64,000 nucleotides of DNA from Macrostomum lignano (lineage: Eukaryota), in assembly GCA_002269645.1 (NCBI GenBank), contig NIVC01001696.1, positions 184,895 to 248,894 of the forward strand, read 5' to 3'. Shown here in pieces: positions 13,441 to 26,176 of the stretch. Within the stretch, counting starts at the first letter, position 1, and each line of letters opens with the position of its first letter. The notes beneath the pieces are model-generated. The model made no database searches. It was not told the DNA's origin and saw only the letters and a list, made by a program, of their open reading frames with translations. The position numbers were made by a program, and so were the translations under genes.

Positions 13441-15852
13441 TTAATTTATTATAACAAAGATTAAAGCCGTTAGCGAACCTGTGAGGACTTTTGACGCAAA
13501 TTCGAACGCGGCGTCGCTACGAGTACTGCAATAGGCCAAGTTGGTTGAAGAATATGTGTAGGACAGTTTCTCAGCGTCCAGACTGCTCAAGTTGTTCCTT
13601 TCGTCAATTAAGCTTCCATTTTTCATCAGCAGGGTTTTTGAACCGCTGAGGCAGGAAAAGTAGTGCGACTGGTAGTGCATCACTGAGCCATAGTCGTATC
13701 GTGGATAGTCGTTTGTAAGTTTGTACGAGGTCTTCAGAAAATTGTTGCATTCCTGCTCATTTTAAAATTAAAATTAAAATTTTCTAAGAAACGTACATGT
13801 AGTTTTCCATCTCCGCAACATTGAAAAATCAACACGCACCATTTGCGTCAGTAAGAAACTTCTAGCTGTGAATGTGGAGGAAAGTTCCTTTTGGCTGAGT
13901 TCTCGTGAAGGACACATTCATCGTTGCTATAAGGACTTTTTTGAATTGCACATTTTAATTCAAATGTTTTCATTATTTTTGCGTTACACCCTATTATGCT
14001 CAGCGTGATACATGATTACGTAGTTAATCCCCCGGTCCAGTGTAAAGTGCAACTTGCAAGGGCGATCCGAGAGAAGTCGCTTTACTGGCTCAAGCTGGTG
14101 CATGGCGACTTTTCAATCCTTCTGGGTATATACAGATCACCTACACATGTCCATGTAAATAGCTGAATATAATAAGTTCTGCTCAGGGTGGCTCAGACAA
14201 AAACATTGCGACTCACGTCACTATCAATGTTGCTCCACAGCACCGTGACAAAGCTGTCCCTATCCGGTCGAGACTGTTCGTGATAGAAGCCCAGGGCGTG
14301 CATGAACTCGTGCTGGATGATGCTCTCCAGCATGCAGTTGGGTACCTGCAGGGACAGAGCCTGACTATAACTACTGCTGCTGCTCTGCCGGCCAACATAG
14401 GAATAACACCCGACATCGTCGATAACTTCAACGTGCTGCACGTCAATAAAATAGTTGGACTCGACAAAGGTGACCAGCTGCTGATTGCTGCTGGCCGAAC
14501 TGATTCTGGCTGCCAATCGGGAAAGCGACAAGCGAACCATGTCGCGATAGGAGCTGGGAAAGCCCAGGCCGAACCGGTAGTAGAGACGGCCTTTGGGCCA
14601 CAGGCGGCGACAGCTGAGGTAGGAGCTTGACGGCAAACTGTTGCTGCTACTGCTGCTGGCTTGATCAGAGCTGGACCCGTCAGATCGAACAGGCGCTGTT
14701 GGCGCCTGCAAGTCCTCGATGGGGATCAGCATGTCGTCGATTTGAATGACGACTCCTGTGCTGGAGTTCTGCTTGTTAGAGCTGTTGGTCGTGCTTGCGT
14801 TATTGATGACGAGAGACGAGAGGCTGGAAGTCTGCATATTTTAGTATGGACGGATACGAGCGACGGAGTTTTTTGGAAAATCTTAGGCCGAGTCGTCCTC
14901 TTCTGCATGATAGCAGAAACACCACAGATTGATGAAAACCTGCGTTGTGTTCTTTATAAAACTAGTCGCTTTTGGTACAGTTTACAGTTTAATGTATGTC
15001 ATATGGTACTTGTACATTTGTGCACCTTCATGCAAATATTCCTGTAGTGCTTTACAGTTAAATTAAATATTTTTTGAATTGCTTCTCATCTGTATACCAA
15101 ATTACATTTAGACCTAGCTAAATACACAAGCAGCTACAAAGGAGAAATTGATCCGTGTGTCGTGGTGGGCGCCCCTGTCTCTTAGTGGGCGCCCCTGTCT
15201 CTTGGTGGGCGCCCCTGTCTCTTGGTGGGCGCTCTTGTCTCTTGGTGGGCGCCCCTGTCTCTTGGTGGGCGCTCTTGTCTCTTGGTGGGCGCCCCTGTCT
15301 CTTGGTGGGCGCCCCTGTCTCTTGGTGGGCGCCCCTGTCTCTTGGTGGGCGCCCCTGTCTCTTGGTGGGCGCTCTTGTCTCTTGGTGGGCGCCCCTGTCT
15401 CTTGGTGGGCGCTCTTGTCTCTTGGTGGGCGCCCCTGTCTCTTGGTGGGCGCTCTTGTCTCTTGGTGGGCGCCCCTGTCTCTTGGTGGGCGCCCCTGTCT
15501 CTTGGTGGGCGCCCCTGTCTCTTGGTGAGCGCCCCTGTCTCTTGGTGGCCGCCTCAATCTTTTGGTGGGCGCGCCTGTCTCTTGGTGGGCGCCCCTGTCT
15601 CAATTGATCTTGGTTGTCTAAGTGTAAGGTAACCTCTCGATCATTTTCGTTTTTGAGGCGAGCGGGGGGTGGGGTCAACGCCCCCCGTGTACAGTAGATT
15701 GGTTTATAAGCTTTTCTAATACTAAAGCAACTGTAGCAGACAAGTCTACCCAAATGGGAATACACATATCTCACCTGAGAGCAGCCGCAAGCTGCCTGTA
15801 TAAGCAGGACCCGACTGCTCAAAAGTAGGAAAAGTGCTGCTATTAGCTGCAT
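13441..15852 (-). CDS. Astacin-family (M12A) zinc metalloprotease, complement(join(13441..13752,14217..14831,15775..15852)), 334 aa, secreted, possibly GPI-anchored
   Basis: Signal peptide exon; both introns phase 0; HEFMHALGFYHEQSRPDRD zinc motif; YDYGSVMHY Met-turn; hydrophobic C-terminus. Confidence 0.92.
15160..15600. repeat. 20-bp minisatellite (CTTGGTGGGCGCCCCTGTCT), about 22 copies, astacin intron 1
   Basis: Direct 20-bp periodicity. Confidence 0.97.
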
Positions 15853-16317
15853 GACGGCTTGACGAACTCACCTTACTCGGCAAAATAAAATTGCCTACTA
15901 TAAACTCTCAACCAACTTTACCGTATATATACAAAGCAAAGGTCCGCGCGAGCATCATGCAAGGATAATAAAACTGTGCTGACTGGAATTCGGTTTTATA
16001 TTATCTACTGTATAACCATCGTTGTGTGACAAAAATGGCTACATTTTTTATAAACGAGCAGCATTGCATTCATTTCTAGTTTTATTGCTTCTCTGCACCT
16101 GAGAACAATTCATTCCTCGAATGCTAAGCAGTAAAGATTTACTGAATTTTTTATTGGCTGAGAATTGTGGTTGCTTTTTATTGCAGGACCCAAATGCAAA
16201 CAAATGTATGCAATAAATAGCCCCATCCTTCTCGTATAATATATGGCCTTCCGAAATACTTTTCACGGTTATAAAACGCTGCATCTCAGATGAATTAAAT
16301 TGCCTAGTTGAAAAAGA

Positions 16318-19300
16318 TGGCCATTCTCACTCGCCTCATTTGAGTAGCTGCATGGCCAATCTCATTTCATGGCCTCATTTGGGTAGCTGCATGGCCAATC
16401 TCACTTCATGGCCTCATTTGAGTAGCTGCATGGCCAATCTCATTTCATGGCCTCATTTGAGTAGCTGTATGGCCAATCTCATTTCATGGCCTCATTTGAG
16501 TAGCTGCATGGCCAATCTCACTTCATGGCCTCATTTGAGTAGCTGCATGGCCAATCTCATTTCATGGCCTCATTTGAGTAGCTGCATGGCCAATCTCACT
16601 TCATGGCCTCATTTGAGTAGCTGCATGGCCATTCTCACTTCATGGCCTCATTTGAGTAGCTGCATGGCCAATCTCATTTGAGTAGCTGCATGGCCAATCT
16701 CATTTCATGGCCTCATTTGAGTAGCTGCATGGCCAATCTCATTTCATGGCCTCATTTGAGTAGCTGCATGGCCAATCTCACTTCATGGCCTCATTTGGGT
16801 AGCTGCATGGCCAATCTTACTTCATGGCCTCATTTGAGTAGCTGCATGGCCAATCTCACTTCATGGCCTCATTTGAGTAGCTGCATGGCCAATCTTACTT
16901 CATGGCCTCATTTGAGTAGCTGCATGGCCAATCTCACTTCATGGCCTCATTTGAGTAGCTGCATGGCCAATCTTACTTCATGGCCTCATTTGAGTAGCTG
17001 CATGGCCAATCTCACTTCATGGCCTCATTTGAGTAGCTGCATGGCCAATCTTACTTCATGGCCTCATTTGAGTAGCTGCATGGCCATTCTCACTCGCCTC
17101 ATTTGAGTAGCTGCATGGCCATTCTCACTCGCCTCATTTGAGTAGCTGCATGGCCATTCTCACTCGCCTCATTTGAGTAGCTGCATGGCCAATCTCACTT
17201 CATGGCCTCATTTGAGTAGCTGCATGGCCAATCTTACTTCATGGCCTCATTTGAGTAGCTGCATGGCCAATCTCACTTCATGGCCTCATTTGAGTAGCTG
17301 CATGGCCAATCTTACTTCATGGCCTCATTTAAGTAGCTGCATGGCCAATCTCACTTCATGGCCTCATTTGAGTAGCTGCATGGCCAATCTCATTTCATGG
17401 CCTCATTTGAGTAGCTGCATGGCCAATCTCACTTTATGGCCTCATTTGAGTAGCTGCATGGCCAATCTCACTTCATGGCCTCATTTGAGTAGCTGCATGG
17501 CCAATCTCATTTCATGGCCTCATTTGAGTAGCTGCATGGCCAATCTCACTTTATGGCCTCATTTGAGTAGCTGCATGGCCAATCTCACTTCATGGCCTCA
17601 TTTGAGTAGCTGCATGGCCAATCTCATTTCATGGCCTCATTTGAGTAGCTGCATGGCCAATCTCATTTCATGGCCTCATTTGAGTAGCTGCATGGCCAAT
17701 CTCATTTCATGGCCTCATTTGAGTAGCTGCATGGCCAATCTCATTTCATGGCCTCATTTGAGTAGCTGCATGGCCAATCTCACTTCATGGCCTCATTTGA
17801 GTAGCTGCATGGCCAATCTCATTTGAGTAGCTGCATGGCCAATCTCATTTCATGGCCTCATTTGAGTAGCTGCATGGCCAATCTCACTGGCCTCATTTTA
17901 GTAGCTGCATGGCCATTCTCACTGGCCTCATTTGAGTAGCTGCATGGCCATTCTCACTGGCCTCATTTGAGTAGCTGCATGGCCATTCTCACTGGCCTCA
18001 TTTGAGTAGCTGCATGGCCATTCTCACTGGCCTCATTTGAGTAGCTGCATGGCCAATCTCATTTCATGGCCTCATTTGAGTAGCTGCATGGCCAATCTCA
18101 CTTCATGGCCTCATTTGAGTAGCTGCATGGCCAATCTCATTTCATGGCCTCATTTGAGTAGCTGCATGGCCAATCTCATTTCATGGTCTCATTTGAGTAG
18201 CTACATGGCCAATCTCATTTCATGGCCTCATTTGAGTAGCTGCATGGCCAATCTCATTTCATGGCCTCATTTGAGTAGCTGCATGGCCAATCTCATTTCA
18301 TGGCCTCATTTGAGTAGCTGCATGGCCAATCTCACTTCATGGCCTCATTTGAGTAGCTGCATGGCCAATCTCACTTCATGGCCTCATTTGAGTAGCTGCA
18401 TGGCCAATCTCATTTGAGTAGCTGCATGGCCAATCTCATTTCATGGCCTCATTTGAGTAGCTGCATGGCCAATCTCACTTCATGGCCTCATTTGAGTAGC
18501 TGCATGGCCAATCTCATTTCATGGCCTCATTTGAGTAGCTGCATGGCCAATCTCACTTTATGGCCTCATTTGAGTAGCTGCATGGCCAATCTCACTTCAT
18601 GGCCTCATTTGAGTAGCTGCATGGCCAATCTCATTTCATGGCCTCATTTGAGTAGCTGCATGGCCAATCTCATTTCATGGCCTCATTTGAGTAGCTGCAT
18701 GGCCAATCTCATTTCATGGCCTCATTTGAGTAGCTGCATGGCCAATCTCATTTCATGGCCTCATTTGAGTAGCTGCATGGCCAATCTCACTTCATGGCCT
18801 CATTTGAGTAGCTGCATGGCCAATCTCATTTGAGTAGCTGCATGGCCAATCTCATTTCATGGCCTCATTTGAGTAGCTGCATGGCCAATCTCACTGGCCT
18901 CATTTTAGTAGCTGCATGGCCATTCTCACTGGCCTCATTTGAGTAGCTGCATGGCCATTCTCACTGGCCTCATTTGAGTAGCTGCATGGCCATTCTCACT
19001 GGCCTCATTTGAGTAGCTGCATGGCCATTCTCACTGGCCTCATTTGAGTAGCTGCATGGCCAATCTCATTTCATGGCCTCATTTGAGTAGCTGCATGGCC
19101 AATCTCACTTCATGGCCTCATTTGAGTAGCTGCATGGCCAATCTCATTTCATGGCCTCATTTGAGTAGCTGCATGGCCAATCTCATTTCATGGTCTCATT
19201 TGAGTAGCTACATGGCCAATCTCATTTCATGGCCTCATTTGAGTAGCTGCATGGCCAATCTCATTTCATGGCCTCATTTGAGTAGCTGCATGGCCAATCT

Positions 19301-20428
19301 CATTTCATGGCCTCATTTGAGTAGCTGCATGGCCAATCTCACTTCATGGCCTCATTTGAGTAGCTGCATGGCCAATCTCACTTCATGGCCTCATTTGAGT
19401 AGCTGCATGGCCAATCTCATTTGAGTAGCTGCATGGCCAATCTCATTTCATGGCCTCATTTGAGTAGCTGCATGGCCAATCTCACTTCATGGCCTCATTT
19501 GAGTAGCTGCATGGCCATTCTCACTTCATGGCCTCATTTGAGTAGCTGCATGGCCATTCTCACTTCATGGCCTCATTTGAGTAGCTGCATGGCCAATCTC
19601 ATTTCATGGCCTCATTTGAGTAGCTGCATGGCCAATCTCATTTCATGGCCTCATTTGAGTAGCTGCATGGCCAATCTCATTTCATGGCCTCATTTGAGTA
19701 GCTGCATGGCCAATCTTACTTCATGGCCTCATTTGAGTAGCTGCATGGCCAATCTCATTTCATGGCCTCATTTGAGTAGCTGCATGGCCATTCTCACTGG
19801 CCTCATTTTAGTAGCTGCATGGCCAATCTCACTGGCCTCATTTGAGTAGCTGCATGGCCATTCTCACTGGCCTCATTTGAGTAGCTGCATGGCCATTCTC
19901 ACTGGCCTCATTTGAGTAGCTGCATGGCCAATCTCACTTCATGGCCTCATTTGAGTAGCTGCATGGCCAATCTCATTTCATGGCCTCATTTGAGTAGCTG
20001 CATGGCCAATCTCACTTCATGGCCTCATTTGAGTAGCTGCATGGCCAATCTCACTTTATGGCCTCATTTGAGTAGCTGCATGGCCAATCTCACTTCATGG
20101 CCTCATTTGAGTAGCTGCATGGCCAATCTCACTTCATGGCCTCATTTGAGTAGCTGCATGGCCAATCTCACTTCATGGCCTCATTTGAGTAGCTGCATGG
20201 CCAATCTCACTTCATGGCCTCATTTGAGTAGCTGCATGGCCAATCTCATTTCATGGCCTCATTTGAGTAGCTGCATGGCCAATCTCACTTCATGGCCTCA
20301 TTTGAGTAGCTGCATGGCCAATCTCACTTCATGGCCTCATTTGAGTAGCTGCATGGCCAATCTCACTTCATGGCCTCATTTGAGTAGCTGCATGGCCAAT
20401 CTCACTTCATGGCCTCATTTGAGTAGAT
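16318..20428. repeat. 4.1-kb 39-bp minisatellite with 26- and 35-bp variants and a ~1-kb higher-order repeat
   Basis: Unit ATTTGAGTAGCTGCATGGCCAATCTCACTTCATGGCCTC; identical pseudo-ORFs at 18037 and 19044 (offset 1007). Confidence 0.98.
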
Positions 20429-20622
20429 GGCGATTCTTACTGGCAAAAGTACACACACAAATTCTCAGATGCAGATTATGGATTAGTGAAGGAAGATAAA
20501 ATAAAATTAAATTTCACAATACAACAAGCTAACAAAAGCGAACAGTTAACTAACACGGTAAAACACTGAGAATGAAAGATTATATATTTCCATAGTTGAA
20601 CAAAAATGTCACAGCTAAATGT

Positions 20623-21330
20623 GCCAGCTAACAGATTATTTCAAAGGACGGAATCTGTTTATAATAAATTAACAGAGGAATTTGTGCGACAAAAAACGAG
20701 GACAAAGACAAGGACAAAGACAATTCTAGGTGAAAGTGAAACCTCTGACAGACAGCCAGATGATAAGCATAAAGAGATTATTGACTTAAAAAAAACAGCC
20801 AAGTTGATCCTCAGAGCCACTCTCTGATCGCAAGGGCTTGTTCACTTCCTAGCAAATACTCGAATCTCGTTGCTCTCGAAAGCCACGGTTAGCAGGCGCC
20901 GGTCTGACTGCAGGAAAGCGCAGCCTTGAAGCATCTGATTTGGCACCACTGTGCAGCTGAGGTGCTTGATCTGAGAACAAAAGCAAAACACAACTTCATT
21001 TTATTAGACGATTGGTTAACGCGTTTGACTTGTAATCGGATGGACCCGGGTTCGAGTCTCAGTATGTCCGGGAAATATTTCTTAGCTAGATGGTATAGGA
21101 AATATTGAATCTGTGGGTACCTGGACTGGCTGTGTTAAAATTAAGATAGATTGCAAAATTGAAATACTACTAATAGTAGTTCGCAATTGCGATGTTTTCC
21201 GAAATTATCACTGCAAGCCAGTGTTTTGGGTAGCTTTTGATGAATGAAGTACATCGTCCGAAGAAACGCCAGCTCACAGATTATTTCAAAGGACGGAATC
21301 TGTTTATAATAAACTAACAGAGAAATTTGT
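20623..21330. repeat. 63-bp direct repeat pair, 645 bp apart, bracketing the last WDR54 exon
   Basis: GCCAGCT-ACAGATTATTTCAAAGGACGGAATCTGTTTATAATAAA...AATTTGT at 20623-20685 and 21268-21330, 3 mismatches. Confidence 0.9.
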
Positions 21331-23178
21331 TAATTCCTCCCGTCTCGTGTTTTGTTTTCCAATTAGCCTCGTCCAGCGTCTATTTTGCTCACCCCGTAGC
21401 CTGTAAGTTTTTACCATAGACAGGTATTGTCTCATATTCATCTTATTAATTTTGATGTGAAGAGATGAGACAAAGATATTGCAAGCATAGACATCTCTAT
21501 GTGTTTTCTATAGACAAAAGGATTTGTCGTAGAACTGCCTCGGGATACTCATATTTTGGACCTCGGGTACAGGATCTTTTGTGACACCTGGTTTTGCTCG
21601 ACACGACTCGCTTACTAGCTTCTCCAGAGACACTTTGAGTGGCACTGTGCGAGTACAATGCGTTCCCGCGGCTCTGAAGCAGCAGGTGTTCCGCCAACAT
21701 TCTCTAGGCGTGGTGATCTGATTGCTGTGAAGATTGTGGATTAGTGAGCCTCTGGCCTAAACACCGTGTACATGCTAGACAGTGCTGGCTCGGCCAACTG
21801 TGTGCAAGTTACAAGGGTTCAGCGAGGCGGTCAGGAGCAGCAGCTGCTGGAAGTCTCAGACAGCTCTAGACTACAACCAAAGGGAGGAGGGACAGGATGG
21901 ACGCTACATGTAGCTGTGAGGCGTACAAGACAAGTACATGTAGAAGAACACAGAAGTGGCTTTTCAAGCTGGCCTCGTATCTCTTGTTGCAACTTGTTTG
22001 CAATTCCTTAATTACCTACTAGCACATCAAGTATCAATTTATCCGAATTTGAACCGCAGAACCTGCTGACAGAATCTGATTTTGACACGCGCTCAAAAGA
22101 CCGCACCACTTGAGCAGACCACAAACGATACAACAGACAAGAAACGACCTCAAGACGACTGCAAGGGCCTTGCAGCTTCTGCCTCTCGAAGCAATGACGC
22201 AGTCCATGACGCCAACACAAGCGTCAATGCCTTCAATGACGCAGTCCATGACGCCAACACAAGCGTCAATGCCTTCAATGACGCAGTCCATGACGCCAAC
22301 ACAAGCGTCAATGCCTTCAATGACGCAGTCCATGACGCCAACACAAGCGTCAATGCCTTCAATGACGCAGTCCATGACGCCAACACAAGCGTCAATGCCT
22401 TCAATGACGCAGTCCATGACGCCAACACAAGCGTCAATGCCTTCAATGACGCAGTCCATGACGCCAACACAAGCGTCAATGCCTTCAATGACGCAGTCCA
22501 TGACGCCAACACAAGCGTCAATGCCTTCAATGACGCAGTCCATGATGCCAACACAAGCGTCAATGCCTTGAATGACGCAGTCCATGACGACGACACAAGC
22601 AAATTCAGGGCACATAAAACTTGTCGATACATATCGGGAAAATTGTCTTTGACTGATACTGCTTGCTTTACGTTCGAAAAGGCCAATGAAAGTAAACATC
22701 GAAACATATCGGTGAATAGATAGCCGGGATATTTGATTAAGCCACTAACCAGCAGGTTGCCACCCTCGTCAGACAGTTGCCAGGCGCGAAACGAGGTGTC
22801 CTCGCTGCAGGTGACCATCAGGCCGGTTTTGTCGCACACGTCCAAGCCGGTGATCAGGCGAGCGTGGGCGCCGATCTCTGCGACCAGCTGCGGTGAGGGG
22901 AAGCGAGGGAGAAAAAGATGGAAATCTGGAGAAGGATGAAGAGACGAGGGTGGCTTTTCCATAGCTAGTTTATCGTTCATACCTACCTTTGCCATAGAAA
23001 GTAAGAGAGAAGAGTAACACCCAGTTGCGATACCAGATAATTGTAAGTAGATATATGGATAATAGTAGACACAGACAGACAGATAGACAGGCAGACACAG
23101 ACAGACAGGCAGACACAGACAGACAGACACAGACAGGCAGACACAGACAGGCAGACAGACAGACACAGACAGGCAGAC

Positions 23179-23209
<31 letters not shown>

Positions 23210-24049
23210 CAGACAGACACAGACACTCACCTCCATCCCTTTGCACTGGAAGGCCCTGAGGCCGCCGTCGCCGCAGCCAGCCAACAGGAACTCGCCCTCG
23301 TTGAACAGGCCGAACGCGTTGACCGGCCAGCCGTCCTGGTTGCTGAGCACCCGCGACAGCAGCCGCACCTTGCCGCCGCTGATCAGCCCGACGCAGACGG
23401 CACCGTCAGCGAATCCGGCGGCAAATCCGCCGGAGCCAATCGGCGACGCTTCCAAGGACGTCAGTGTGTTGACAGACGCAGCCGGACCGGAGCTGCCAGA
23501 CGTCACGGCCTGGGTGCCCCGGTGCGACACTGGGGCGGCGCCCGGCGGACAGTCGAAGATCAGCAGCTCGCCGCTGGCAGTGCCGACGCAAAGCAGGCCG
23601 GCCTCGGCGAGCCCGCAGACTCCGCGCAGCGGCAGCGACTCGCTGGCTGCGGCGCCTTTCAGAGTGTGGCAGAGCAGCAGGGCTGTGCCATCGGCGTCGA
23701 AGAACTGAGCAGACCGGTGCGTGAGCAGCACCAGGAAGTGCCGGTCGCTGGCGGACACCAGGCAGCACTGCAGTAGCGGAGCTGTGGAGCCAGCGGACGT
23801 GACACCGTCAGGTTGCGGAGCCACCTGCAAATTTTCATTGAGAGCTTGAAGCGATATCCGGCCCAAACAGCCAGCACTGAGACAGTTCTGCCCACTCCGC
23901 CGACATGTACACTCTCTGTGCCTTGGTGGTTGGCCTTCATGGATTACTGACTGACTGACTGACTGACTAACTAACTAACTAACTAACTAACTGACTAACT
24001 AACTAACTAACTAACTAACTGACTAACTAACTAACTAACTAACTAACTG

Positions 24050-24111
<62 letters not shown>

Positions 24112-24306
24112 CAACTCACTAACAAGCTAACTCACCTGTCTCTGCTGCAAGACCTGACCCCGCCTGTCCAGCACCAGCAGGTTGGCGCAGCTGCGGTGTC
24201 CGCAAGCCAGAAAAATGCACTCGCCGCTGTCCAGCAGCTGCAGAGACTCGGGCCCCGCAGACACCGAGTTGTACAGCTCGAGACTGCCTTCCTGGGAGAA
24301 CGCCAT
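20842..24306 (-). CDS. WDR54: WD repeat protein 54, complement(join(20842..20970,22750..22887,23231..23824,24136..24306)), 343 aa
   Basis: All introns phase 0 with GT-AG ends; recalled similarity to vertebrate WDR54 along the length (LCVGTASGELLIFD, EIGAHARLITGLDV, EDTSFRAWQLS, last exon IKHLSC...NEIRVF). Confidence 0.85.
21001..21065 (+). pseudogene. Degenerate tRNA-like sequence (anticodon TGT, Thr-like), pseudo-tRNA or SINE head
   Basis: ATTGGTTAACGCG D-loop-like, TTTGA-CTTGTAA-TCGGA anticodon arm, CCGGG-TTCGAGT-CTCAG T arm with a mismatch; no good acceptor stem. Confidence 0.5.
22192..22598. repeat. 42-bp minisatellite, about 9.7 near-identical copies, WDR54 intron 3
   Basis: Unit AATGACGCAGTCCATGACGCCAACACAAGCGTCAATGCCTTC. 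Confidence 0.97.
23070..23228. repeat. (GACA)/(GACACA) microsatellite starting at the WDR54 intron 2 donor
   Basis: On -: GAG|GTGAGTGTCTGTGTCTGTCTGT... Confidence 0.95.
23945..24115. repeat. (CTGA)n-(CTAA)n microsatellite in WDR54 intron 1
   Basis: Direct reading. Confidence 0.95.
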
Positions 24307-25184
24307 GCAATTCGGGGTCAGGAATGACGAATGCGCACTGATAACTCCCCCTACCCATTATCTACCCACTATTTACCCACTCTACCCTCTATCTACTACT
24401 CCATTCTACCAGCTTTATCTACTCCCCTCTACCCAACTATCTACTCCTGTCTACCCAATGTCAACCCACTATTAATTGTCAATCTTATAAAAGCCCAACA
24501 TGATTCGAAAACAAAGGAAAAGATGGCCACAGAGACGCAAAATTTATTTCACTAATATTACCATGCGGACGATAAGAGAAATGTAAAAACGAGACAAAAT
24601 GATGCTGTTTGTTATACTTCCTATACATTATTGCAAAAAGATTACTCAAAAAATGACACTGGTAGGTTCACTGAACTCGACGAATAGTACAATATAATTA
24701 CATATAGCTAAAAACTGTATTCTGATATAAATATATATATTTAAATAAAAACTTTTAGCATTTATGTACACGCAAGCATTAGTTACAGACGAATAAAGAT
24801 ATATTAACTTACTAATACCCACGAGAATTACTCCTACTTAATTTATTCATTTATTAAAATTAGTTAATATAGTTTTGGCTATGCAATCGCTAGTACAGAT
24901 AAACAGGTAGAAATAGCAATAATTTATACCATTTTTAAGCGTGATTTTATTATAACAAATCGAAAAAAACTGCTTCATATTTACGCAAATATTGCGCTAA
25001 ATCTGGAACTTGTGCAAAGAGATGGGATAGAGATAGACTAGAAGAAGAAGGGCAGTGGGAGAGATGAAGGGAGCAAAGGAAAAATGAATTGGGATGAGAA
25101 AATATAGACAAGATGAAAGAAAAGGTGAAAAAGAGAGAGATGAAGGGAGCAGTAAGAGAAAAAGGGAGAATGGAAAGATAAAAA

Positions 25185-26080
25185 GAGCAGGGAGAGATCA
25201 AGGGATCAAGGAAGGATGAAGGGAGCAGAGAGATGAAGGGAGAAGAGAGAGATGAAGGGAGCAGAGAGAGATGAAGGGACCAGGGAGAGATGAAGGGAGC
25301 AGGGAGAGATGAAGGGACCAGGGAGAGATGAAGGGAGCAGGGAGAGATGAAGGGACCAGGGAGAGATGAAGGGACCAGGGAGAGATGAAGGGACCAGGGA
25401 GAGATGAAGGGAGCAGGGAGAGATGAAGGGAGCAGGGAGAGATGAAGGGAGCAGAGAGAGATGAAGGGACCAGGGAGAGATGAAGGGACCAGGGAGAGAT
25501 GAAGGGACCAGGGAGAGATGAAGGGAGCAGGGAGAGATGAAGGGAGCAGGGAGAGATGAAGGGACCAGGGAGAGATGAAGGGACCAGAGAGAGATGAAGG
25601 GAGCAGAGAGAGATGAAGGGACCAGGGAGAGATGAAGGGAGCAGGGAGAGATGAAGGGACCAGGGAGAGATGAAGGGACCAGGGAGAGATGAAGGGACCA
25701 GGGAGAGATGAAGGGACCAGGGAGAGATGAAGGGACCAGGGAGAGATGAAGGGAGCAGGGAGAGATGAAGGGAGCAGGGAGAGATGAAGGGAGCAGAGAG
25801 AGATGAAGGGACCAGGGAGAGATGAAGGGACCAGGGAGAGATGAAGGGACCAGGGAGAGATGAAGGGAGCAGGGAGAGATGAAGGGAGCAGGGAGAGATG
25901 AAGGGACCAGGGAGAGATGAAGGGACCAGAGAGAGATGAAGGGACCAGGGAGAGATGAAGGGACCAGGGAGAGATGAAGGGACCAGGGAGAGATGAAGGG
26001 AGCAGGGAGAGATGAAGGGAGCAGGGAGAGATGAAGGGACCAGGGAGAGATGAAGGGAGCAGGGAGAGATGAAGGGAAGA
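25185..26080. repeat. 19-bp polypurine minisatellite (AGGGAGAGATGAAGGGACC/AGC) between RNASEH1 and WDR54
   Basis: 19-bp periodicity, two GGG tracts per unit. Confidence 0.97.
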
Positions 26081-26176
26081 ATACACAGGGATGCTCTCAA
26101 CCGGCAGTGCACATTGGCTTGAGTTAGCGAGACAAATCAAACTGGAGGGGGATTAAAAGCCCTTTATTTCCAGCTG

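Noticed and set aside
22192-22598. CRISPR-like array (42-bp unit with an internal TGACGC/GCGTCA hairpin); same idea for the 26-bp array at 61.7 kb
   Set aside because: Units are head-to-tail with no unique spacers, there are no cas genes, and the context is eukaryotic.
23945-24115. Interstitial telomere for (TTAG)n; likewise (TAGG)n at 44 kb
   Set aside because: 4-bp units, not TTAGG or TTAGGG; they behave like the other microsatellites.
24300-24340. TTGCATG at the WDR54 start resembling a flatworm spliced-leader 3' end (retro-inserted leader)
   Set aside because: Only about 7 nt match, the gene keeps its introns, and I recognise no further leader similarity.
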